Source of the DNA: Obrimoposthia wandeli
Lineage: Eukaryota
Direction: 5' to 3'
Length of the DNA stretch: 64,000 nucleotides
Assembly: GCA_977020255.1 (NCBI GenBank)
Contig: CDROCS010000496.1
Coordinates: 496,001-560,000, forward strand
Shown here: one piece after another, positions 34,497 to 43,152 of the stretch
How positions within the stretch are numbered: position 1 is the stretch's first letter
How the letters are laid out: each line of letters opens with the position of its first letter
The notes under the pieces: model-generated
What the model was told of the DNA's origin: nothing
What the model saw: only the letters and a program-made list of their open reading frames with translations
Database searches by the model: none
Position numbers and translations under genes: made by a program

Positions 34497-35737
34497 GTAG
34501 ATTAAACAGATGGTTTCTAAAATTGGCCGAATTCGATCTAGAAATCCGTTATAGAACCGGAAAGTCGAACGGCAACGCAGATTGTTTGTCGAGATTGACA
34601 AATGTAGACGAGAAAGGAAACATAATTCCAGAAGAAGATGAAACCAATGACCAAAAAGGAGAAGCAAATCTACTGACGATTTTGCTAAAGACGGGTAAAA
34701 TAGACAAAGAGATCATCAAAGAACAGAAAGAAGATGAAGAACTGAGTCTAATCAAAGAATTGTTGGTGAAAGGAGATCTAAACGATGAAATGACGAAAAA
34801 TACTCAATAAAAAGAAGGAATCTTGTATATTGTCAATAATGTCGGAAAGATAGTAGTAGTAATTCCGAAGTCATTGAAAACAGCAGTGATGATCCAGTAT
34901 CACGACGGAACACTAGGAGGACATCTGTCAGGGCGAAAGACAATAGCCAGAATCAAAGAGAAGTACCATTGGGATGGTATGGAAGACGACATAAAACAAT
35001 GGTGTAAACAATGTAAAGTATGTTTAACCAGAAAAGACACCGGAACTCGTACTAAAGTTCCACTGAAACCAATGCCAGTTCCCTTGGCACCAATGGAATT
35101 CACAGCGATGGATATATTGGGACCATTGAGAGAATCAAGTAAAGGAAACAAGTATGTCATAGTATTTACGGATTACATGACGAGATGGGTAGAAGCATAT
35201 CCCATGCAGAACCAGAAAGCTGAAACAATAGCGCAAATCTTAGTGGAAGAGATAATATTTCGATACGGAGTGCCTAGAAAGTTGTTAACGGATCAAGGTA
35301 AGAACTTCACTGGAGAAGTCATAAAAGCAGTATCGAAGATATTCGGAATCATGAAGTTACAAACTTCACCATATCACCCACAGACAGATGGTCTGGTGGA
35401 AAGGTTTAATAAAACTTTATGTATGATGGTACAATCCTATTGCTCAGACAAGCAAGAGGATTGGGATAAATATTTACCTTCATGTTTATATGCTTACAGG
35501 AATTCAGTTCGAGAGGCGACGGGTCACACACCATTCTATCTGATGTATCTCAGACAGAACAATATGCCAATGGATCTGGAGTGGACCGAGCCAACATCTC
35601 AGTACCTAGAAACTGAACAATACATTGTCGTCATGAAGGAAAGATTACAAGATGCTTGGACCAAAGCCGGATTGAAGTTGAAATTCAATCAAGAAGGTTA
35701 CAAGGAACAATACGACAAAAAAGCAAAAACCACATGA
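34472..35737 (+). CDS. Polyprotein segment 4: RNase H C-part and integrase Zn/core (in-frame TAA at 34808)
   Basis: TDHKPL in shifted frame, NGNADCLSR, YHDGTLGGHL...CKQCKVC, AMDILGPL, LLTDQGKNF, QTDGLVERFNKTL. Confidence 0.95.
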
Positions 35738-35756
35738 ATTTAGAGTCGGAGATCAA

Positions 35757-38700
35757 GTGATGATATTTTATCCAGTCATCGAACCAGGTCTATCGTTTAA
35801 ACTTCATAGACCATACAAAGGACCCTACAAGGTGATCCAGACAACCTCAACAAATTTGAAAGTAATCAACGAAGAGAATCGGAACAAAGAACCGATGATT
35901 GTACATGCAAATCGATGCAAATTAGTACCAAATAAAGATAATGCGTCACGATATGAGTTAAGATCACAGAAATCGAAATCGAATACCAATACCATTAAAC
36001 TTACACGAATGGTAAGTGATCGGAACTACATAAACATGATGACGAGTGGTAGCGAAGAAAAACCAGCGAGAATTGGTATGCTCAGAATGAAGTACCAAGA
36101 GGAAAAGGAAGTAATCCGACACATCGCACCACAAGAGATATTAGAAGAAGACGAAGAGATAATAGTCGTTTTCGAAAAAACACAACCAACAGATGTAGCT
36201 AAAGAAGTCATTGTGAAAGATGCACTAACAAACGAATTTCTGTGCGAACTTAGAGTATCATACTACGACGGAAATACATTAGTCGCAGCACTTTATCAAA
36301 ATTCCAATGTGTTTACGACTGAGAAAGTGATAATCGAAATCACATTGACACCAAACATAGTTGCATGGCAGAACTATGACAGTACTGAAGCAGGACTAGC
36401 CAGTCAGGAAGAAAAAGAACCGGCCGGTGGTCACATACTGCATGGTACACCAAAAAGACTCAAACAAGAATACCACGATGTAATAATGGTATTACGTAAT
36501 TCACATGGGAAAAGAGATATCATGAGAGTCCATTTAATCGACGCTGACACTGAAAAGATAATTTGTCAGATGGACACCAAATACTTTGATGGAAAGACAA
36601 TTGTATGTTGTATACCAGAATCTCACCGATTAGAGACAGATCAAACGGAAGTATCTGTAAGGTTGAGCGTAATAGAAGGATTCCATTCGCCAACCTATCC
36701 GGAAGTGACTAACAATAAAATCATCAAAGCAACGGCAGAATTACGCATTGACAGCGGATACCGGAAGTGGGAAGCTAAAAATAAAAAACCACAAAGAATC
36801 AATATGATCCGAGAACAAGTAACAACTTCAAACCAGCCAAAATATCATGCTGAAATAGTATCATCCGCGCCAAGTGTGATCACATCGATAAACGACGAAA
36901 TTATAATTTTACTAAAAAATCGATGGCCGTCATCAACCGAGATACGAGTAAATTTAATTAATCATGCGAAGACACCGATATCTAAGCTGAATGTTACCTA
37001 TTTCGATGGATTGTCCATCATGGGTAAATTGGAAACAATTGTCATGTGCTATGGAGCACAGTTCCAAGTTGAGATACTTAAAGATAGTGTAATACCGTAT
37101 CCGATTCACAAATACGAAGGGGAAATCAATCCAATTATTCTAACACCTTCATTAATTTCAGTCCAGACAGACATACCAGAATACCCTTCGAGCGAGTCTA
37201 GTGAAGACAGCGAACCAGAAAGTAACGATACAGAATCAACAGAATCCGAAGATAACATAATAGAGCGATTCGGAAGAACCATGGAGATTGAATTCGCTAA
37301 AGAGAGCAGAAAAAGACAAAACATAGAATTCGTGAAACAGAATATACAAGAAAGACGAATTAAATCTGCAGAAGAGACCGAGTCGGAAGAAGACTCAACA
37401 AAGGAACAGACATCAGAGACAAAGATGAATATCTCTCCAGCAATACGAATGCTGAGAGGAAAGAAACTGGCGAAACTATCCAACATCGACGAACAGATAG
37501 AGAAGAGATTAGAAAGACTAAAACTTGAAGAGTCAGAATTAATGCCACCAATGAGTGAGATCATTCCAGGTAAGTTATACCTCGGAAATGTGGAGGATGC
37601 AACAGATGAAAAGAAACTGTTGGAACAAGGAATAACATATGTGATCAACGTTACAATGAATCACAAATCGCAATATCAGACGATCAGAGCTATGACATTA
37701 AGAGTAAAAGACTCAATGGACGCTAATCTTCTCGAATGGTTCGTAGAAACAAACGAAATACTTCACAGAGAACTCCGGAACAAAGGAAAAGTGTTGGTAC
37801 ATTGTCAGAAAGGAATTTCTCGATCAGCAACCCTAGTATTAGCATATCTAATAAAGACTAGACGAATGCAGGTACTAGAAGCGTTAAAATACCTACAGGA
37901 GAGAAGAAGTATTGCAAACCCAAATCTTAATTTTTTGGGACAGTTGGCAAATTACCAACTTCTGTTGCAAGAACAAAGACGGATGGACGACATTCCTGAG
38001 GATCCAAAGGAAAAGAATTTCCTCCAAGCATTATCATTGACCGGGTTATTTTTAGCCGGAGTCGATAAAATTACACAGATAATGCCAAAAGTATTTTTAT
38101 GTCATCCAGGAGATATAGATACTGCTGGATTAAAGTTCCATAGTATCAACCGAGTAATCAACATTGTTGAAGTCGGAAATGAGATAATTAGTCTGTGTCA
38201 AAATACTGAAGATGACACCACTCGATACATACATGCTTCCAATCGAGAGATAAACGATGCACAACAACATTTGACGAAATTGACTCAAACCATCCAAGCT
38301 GAAGTCACAGAAGGAAACGGCGTTCTGATATATCAGAAAAAAGGTACAATGTTAGCGCCTACCATAGGTGTATCCTTGTTGGTAGAGTACCATGGTCACA
38401 CGCCAGAAGAAGCAATGGTCTACATCAAACAGAATAGACCGAATACGGAATTCAAACCGTTACTCGTTCGAGAAATAGAGAAATACACCGAAAAGAGGAA
38501 ACAACAACGAGAAACAAATGAAGCTACAACAACAGCGCCCAGCTTTCAATACCAAAGATTGCTAGCGATAGGCTTGTTAAGTTGTTTAATGCCGATAACG
38601 GGAGCACAGGAGATAGGCTCCAACCACGGAAATAGTTCCTGGTTCAACGAAATCCAAAATTACACCATACAGTACCATACGCCAGCACTGATGATGCTAT

Positions 38701-39809
38701 TAGTGTTGTTAGGACTAATTGATGTGTGGATCATCCGAAAATGTCTTCGATCTATGAGAACCGACAGTAAAAGATTTCAGTTTGTAAAGATGAAAAGACC
38801 AAATGGACCAACGAACAAAGTGCTTGTGTATCTAGACGAAAGGATCGAGGACAACATAGTAAATGAAGCGATATTTTACCCACAAAACAGAATACTGAAT
38901 CAATTTCGAATAGATTACGAAGCTGACCGACAGCGCACACTTGACCGAATATCAACAACATTCGCCGGATGCAAGCGAAGTAAACGAGTTGTAAAGGAAA
39001 TACAAAAAGATGCTGATACAAAAGGACCAACGTATATATTCAACGGAGATGTCATCAAAACACGTGAGTATGGAAGTAAGAGAGTAATAATTGAAACAAT
39101 GGAAGGACATAAAACATGCTTGTCCGCCAAAAATGGATTCGGAAAGTTGACGATACAAGGTAAACCGGTACAGTTGATTATCGGAAGAGATGGAATCGAG
39201 GAGATGTCAAAACAACGACAGACAACAAAACGATACAATCAGAAACAGATATCTCTCAAACGATTGATAATTAAAACCCTTTGTAAAAGGTCGGTCAAGG
39301 CCCTGTGCACCGTTGCACAAGGATTGATTTATGGAGTAGTAATTGGATTGGTACTGCAAGCCATGCCAACCAGTAAAGCCGAATTGATGACACTATCCGA
39401 ATATAATTTACATTTGAGAAATCTAGACAACACCCTAGAAATAATCAAGACATCCCACAGTAAAGCCGTGATGATCATGTGTGTAAAAGGATGTCCAGGA
39501 CGAATGTGTATAGTCCCAGCGACCGAAATGATAACACTTAGTGGACATTATGGAATTAGTGTTGTCACATGTGAAGACTACATATTTGGACAAACTAAAA
39601 TAGTGCTTCTCAGTGACAAGTCCAACCAAAGTGCACACAAATTTAAAATATTAACCATCAAGAGTAAAGGAATACCAGCAGTACGTTACGGTATTCTAGA
39701 ATTGGTTAATCCAATACTCGCACTGATCATTGGATTTATAATATTAATATTACTCATCTTGTTTTGTTGTTCAAAGATAGAGTCGAGATCAAAAAAAGAA
39801 ACGTCATGA
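35757..39809 (+). CDS. Polyprotein segment 5: integrase C-terminus (GPY) - three ~90-aa repeats - DUSP - pseudo-DUSP - two membrane proteins
   Basis: PYKGPYKV..VHANRCK; DUSP 37551-37960 with VLVHCQKGISRSATLVLAYL; second DUSP-fold copy about 38070-38490 with VLIYQKKGTMLA; four hydrophobic segments 38556-39770. Confidence 0.9.
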   Translation: MMIFYPVIEPGLSFKLHRPYKGPYKVIQTTSTNLKVINEENRNKEPMIVHANRCKLVPNKDNASRYELRSQKSKSNTNTIKLTRMVSDRNYINMMTSGSEEKPARIGMLRMKYQEEKEVIRHIAPQEILEEDEEIIVVFEKTQPTDVAKEVIVKDALTNEFLCELRVSYYDGNTLVAALYQNSNVFTTEKVIIEITLTPNIVAWQNYDSTEAGLASQEEKEPAGGHILHGTPKRLKQEYHDVIMVLRNSHGKRDIMRVHLIDADTEKIICQMDTKYFDGKTIVCCIPESHRLETDQTEVSVRLSVIEGFHSPTYPEVTNNKIIKATAELRIDSGYRKWEAKNKKPQRINMIREQVTTSNQPKYHAEIVSSAPSVITSINDEIIILLKNRWPSSTEIRVNLINHAKTPISKLNVTYFDGLSIMGKLETIVMCYGAQFQVEILKDSVIPYPIHKYEGEINPIILTPSLISVQTDIPEYPSSESSEDSEPESNDTESTESEDNIIERFGRTMEIEFAKESRKRQNIEFVKQNIQERRIKSAEETESEEDSTKEQTSETKMNISPAIRMLRGKKLAKLSNIDEQIEKRLERLKLEESELMPPMSEIIPGKLYLGNVEDATDEKKLLEQGITYVINVTMNHKSQYQTIRAMTLRVKDSMDANLLEWFVETNEILHRELRNKGKVLVHCQKGISRSATLVLAYLIKTRRMQVLEALKYLQERRSIANPNLNFLGQLANYQLLLQEQRRMDDIPEDPKEKNFLQALSLTGLFLAGVDKITQIMPKVFLCHPGDIDTAGLKFHSINRVINIVEVGNEIISLCQNTEDDTTRYIHASNREINDAQQHLTKLTQTIQAEVTEGNGVLIYQKKGTMLAPTIGVSLLVEYHGHTPEEAMVYIKQNRPNTEFKPLLVREIEKYTEKRKQQRETNEATTTAPSFQYQRLLAIGLLSCLMPITGAQEIGSNHGNSSWFNEIQNYTIQYHTPALMMLLVLLGLIDVWIIRKCLRSMRTDSKRFQFVKMKRPNGPTNKVLVYLDERIEDNIVNEAIFYPQNRILNQFRIDYEADRQRTLDRISTTFAGCKRSKRVVKEIQKDADTKGPTYIFNGDVIKTREYGSKRVIIETMEGHKTCLSAKNGFGKLTIQGKPVQLIIGRDGIEEMSKQRQTTKRYNQKQISLKRLIIKTLCKRSVKALCTVAQGLIYGVVIGLVLQAMPTSKAELMTLSEYNLHLRNLDNTLEIIKTSHSKAVMIMCVKGCPGRMCIVPATEMITLSGHYGISVVTCEDYIFGQTKIVLLSDKSNQSAHKFKILTIKSKGIPAVRYGILELVNPILALIIGFIILILLILFCCSKIESRSKKETS

Positions 39810-41222
39810 TCTCGCAAGACGAACAGGTCAAATGAATTTACAAAATTCAACACAATTATACCAAGACCACCATTTTTAGACGAACCAGCACCAGAATACC
39901 AGCCAACGATATATGAACACATCGAGGAAAGACCGTACTATATGAGTAATTTGACTTGTTTCATTGAAGTTCCTGAGTTTAGGAATCGAACGATCATAGG
40001 AATCATGCTGATCGCACAAATCACCACTACCAAGGCTAGTTATGAGATCATGATCAGTAAATGGAGACAAGACGTAATACGGGCAATATACATAGAAATT
40101 CCCCTACTAAAAACAAATCACGTAGTAGACATTCATCTACAGACGTCAGCAACTGACAATATCGATCAGAAATTGTATGTCATCCGACAGGTCAGAATAA
40201 AAATCGACCAAAATACACCCGTTTACAATTTAATATTATTGCATCATGAAAGAGTGTTATACCTACGGATAACAATATCAAAGAGGAAGCGGATTATCCA
40301 AAGCATCCGAACAAAGTCATTAATATTACCTAGAGATGAGCGCATCTGGAAAATTGTCGACAGGATTATGATCACAGGTAGACGACGTAAAGCCGTATGG
40401 AATTCCGTTAGGTTATTTTTCAGATTGCTAGAAACTGACAGCGTGACAGTAATGTGTCCCAACCCAGATGGCGTAATCAGATTCGAAATCCAAAGCCAAA
40501 TGTTAGTACCACATTTTAACACAGAATGTCTGTGTAATCGAATTGCCAGTAATTCTACAGAGACCTCGACCATAATCATGATAATAACAGGTGAAATATT
40601 CTACATAACTCTAAGATACCAGAACCGTCGATTTCGCAGATACGGTATAAGTATCAAACCCAGGAAAATCATTCCCAGAAGACCAATTCTAGTCAAAAAG
40701 AAGGCAAAGGTAATCGAAAGTAAACGACATTCCAAGAAACCGACAGTGATCAAAACAAAGACAGAAGCGAAAGAAAAAGAGTCCAATCCCAGAAACCAAA
40801 GTACAATTATTAAGAGGACAAGAGTGAGGGGAACGATCCCACTAGATCCCAAACATCATTTTCCATCCAAAATAATAATACCTGTTCCACCAGAAACAAA
40901 ACACCCAAATCCCCGAATTTTTAGAAAATCGGACATAATACATGGAAACCGATCAAAACCCATGGAAATATCATTCGAACCGACAAACAACAAAATGAAG
41001 TATGATTATAAATCATCAGACAGCGGAATAACAGCGGTCAATGCCCTAATTGGAATGGCCGTAGTGTCAACAGCAGTGGTTTTATTGACAATCGTGTGCG
41101 TAAAAGGCAGTCAAGTATGCCCAGGAATACGACGGAAATGCGAAGGATTGCGATGCTGTGACACACCCATCATGGAGGAAGTGGAATTGCGACCCTTACC
41201 TCCGCCTCCCATCAAGATATGA
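39810..41222 (+). CDS. Polyprotein segment 6: predicted type I membrane protein (same frame as segment 5 past a single TGA)
   Basis: Frame is open from 39810 into ORF 39942-41222; signal-like IIGIMLIAQITTTKA, TM AVNALIGMAVVSTAVVLLTIVCV, tail RPLPPPPIKI*. No family recognised. Confidence 0.7.
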   Translation, partial: SRKTNRSNEFTKFNTIIPRPPFLDEPAPEYQPTIYEHIEERPYYMSNLTCFIEVPEFRNRTIIGIMLIAQITTTKASYEIMISKWRQDVIRAIYIEIPLLKTNHVVDIHLQTSATDNIDQKLYVIRQVRIKIDQNTPVYNLILLHHERVLYLRITISKRKRIIQSIRTKSLILPRDERIWKIVDRIMITGRRRKAVWNSVRLFFRLLETDSVTVMCPNPDGVIRFEIQSQMLVPHFNTECLCNRIASNSTETSTIIMIITGEIFYITLRYQNRRFRRYGISIKPRKIIPRRPILVKKKAKVIESKRHSKKPTVIKTKTEAKEKESNPRNQSTIIKRTRVRGTIPLDPKHHFPSKIIIPVPPETKHPNPRIFRKSDIIHGNRSKPMEISFEPTNNKMKYDYKSSDSGITAVNALIGMAVVSTAVVLLTIVCVKGSQVCPGIRRKCEGLRCCDTPIMEEVELRPLPPPPIKI

Positions 41223-41345
41223 TGAGTCAGAGGAGGTTGTAGATAAATTAGTGTGTGAAATATGTAGAAATATCTAGAAGCGATTGTACAAATAGTAGAA
41301 GTATATAAAACTCATGTGGAAATTAATCATCATCATGTATTTAGA

Positions 41346-41645
41346 ATGGCCGAGGAATGCCCAATATGTTTAGAAGATCTAACCGAACGAAGAACAAGAC
41401 CCGAAACCTGCAACCATTTACACCACGAGGAATGTTTATCGACATGGATCAGAACTTATGGACAGTTCGGACACCCAACATACCCTCGTTGCCCTATATG
41501 CAGAAGACAATTCGCAAGATTCGTCATGTTAGAACCCAACCAAAGGGATGTATATGTACAGGTGGTATTCTGCTGGAAGAATTTCGGAGAGTGTTGGTGT
41601 TATTACTGTTTGTCAGATCGACAAAATCAGACCACTTTTGTGTAA
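41346..41645 (+). CDS. Small RING-H2 protein 1
   Basis: MAEECPIC...TCNHLHHEEC...CPIC plus C-terminal CWKNFGECWCYYC; TATA-like gtatataaaa at 41301. Confidence 0.85.
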   Translation: MAEECPICLEDLTERRTRPETCNHLHHEECLSTWIRTYGQFGHPTYPRCPICRRQFARFVMLEPNQRDVYVQVVFCWKNFGECWCYYCLSDRQNQTTFV

Positions 41646-41705
41646 AGATCACACAACCACCAGTCCTCAATCGAGCCCAAATTCAACATCAACCCTCCCA
41701 CAGTA

Positions 41706-42011
41706 ATGTCTGGAGAATGTTCCATCTGCTACGAGAGCATCGTGGACTTCTACACCAAGCCCAACAACTGCGACCACTTTTTCCACGTCGAATGCCTCGA
41801 GACGTGGATTCCCATCGCAAACAGCAACAACCCACTCGACTTCCCAACCTGCCCGATGTGCAGAGCGACCTTCTCAGTACACTACGTGTACAACCAAGAC
41901 AGCCTCCAAGCAGTGGTACCCATCGTACACTGCTGGAAAACCATCTGCGATTGCTGGTGCTCGTTCTGCGTGGAGGAGCGAAGCACAGGCCAGCCCAATC
42001 CCCAACAATAA
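41706..42011 (+). CDS. Small RING-H2 protein 2
   Basis: MSGECSIC...NCDHFFHVEC...CPMC plus CWKTICDCWCSFC. Confidence 0.88.
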   Translation: MSGECSICYESIVDFYTKPNNCDHFFHVECLETWIPIANSNNPLDFPTCPMCRATFSVHYVYNQDSLQAVVPIVHCWKTICDCWCSFCVEERSTGQPNPQQ

Positions 42012-42345
42012 TCGAAGGTAACTTTCTGACTTGAACGTGACATCATGAACTACCCTGTGTATCGCAAACCGCGATAAATTAGCTACCATAATTGTAATCA
42101 TAATTATATAATCTTGTGAACTGTAAATTGACCATTACCATTTTTATGTATGATGTTTAACTGAAATTGTAATTATTATACTGAATTTCTAAAAAAGACA
42201 ATTTTTATGCTTAGTGTGAATGCGTAAACATGCCTAAAATCGAAACAAAACTCGGTAGGATTAGATAACTAAGGATTCATTTTGAAATAGAATTTAAATT
42301 AACGATGAGAACGGTGAACCCCAAATTGAAAGGAGTCATTTTCTC

Positions 42346-42882
42346 ATGCAGATGTTGTGCTCCGTATGCATGGAGAAGATTTGGGCGGTATCGGCATCCC
42401 CTGTCGGCTGCCGTCACAAATTTCACGAGGAGTGCCTCTATTTGTGGACCAAGGTTCGAACCTCCGGACAAATCACCTGTCCACTGTGCCGGACACCCTT
42501 CGCCAAATGGACACTCCAGAGCCGCGGAAGACACAAAGGCACCCGATCGCCTGCCAGCTGCATTGGTGGCATCCATTGCCAATGCTACGTGTGTCTCGCA
42601 CGCCGGCGCGACACACAACTGGGCGTCCGCGAGAGATGGCGGTCTAGTCGAGACTGCCACTCGTGGTTCCAGGCCAGACGGCACTGGATTGAAAACCATA
42701 CCATGAACAGGCAGCACTTCGACCTGTTCATCGACAGCCCGCATTTGACCCGGAGCCAGCAACTCCATTTGTACAACGGGGACAGTCCGTCCTTTCCCGA
42801 CCTTCCCCTGGAGCAGGTTCTACGCTACCTGACCAGTCGGAACCAGCCGACAATAACAATTGACCTCACACATGAAAACTGA
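42346..42882 (+). CDS. RING-H2 protein 3 with C-terminal SIM-like motif
   Basis: CSVC...GCRHKFHEEC...CPLC, CIGGIHCQCYVC, C-terminal PTITIDLTHEN*. Confidence 0.85.
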   Translation: MQMLCSVCMEKIWAVSASPVGCRHKFHEECLYLWTKVRTSGQITCPLCRTPFAKWTLQSRGRHKGTRSPASCIGGIHCQCYVCLARRRDTQLGVRERWRSSRDCHSWFQARRHWIENHTMNRQHFDLFIDSPHLTRSQQLHLYNGDSPSFPDLPLEQVLRYLTSRNQPTITIDLTHEN

Positions 42883-43152
42883 CACTGTCCTCCCTTCTCT
42901 CCTTCCTAATCTGTAATTTTGTGTGTAAAATTTTAGTTGTGTATAAATAATAGTGTATACTTTGAGACTTGCTCCAAATTATATATTATGCTTCCCACTG
43001 GAAAACCGAGATTTTGAAAAAATTGTTTTTTGGGCATGTTTGTTGAAGTTGAATGATTGATTTTGTAGGGATGAACCTAAAATCAACAGCCAAGGGCTTA
43101 TTTAAGTAAAATCGATACGTTCCGGGGACGTAACTTTTGGAACCCCGAGGTA

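Noticed and set aside
25032-40852. Many minus-strand and alternate-frame ORFs over the polyprotein (e.g. 27509-27877, 32453-32947, 37106-37648)
   Set aside because: Shadow ORFs of a long purine-rich coding strand; Ser/Leu/Phe-rich with no motifs.
41357-42768. Overlapping ORFs 41357-42034, 42277-42768 and 42305-42706
   Set aside because: Alternative frames of the GC-richer RING genes; no recognisable features.
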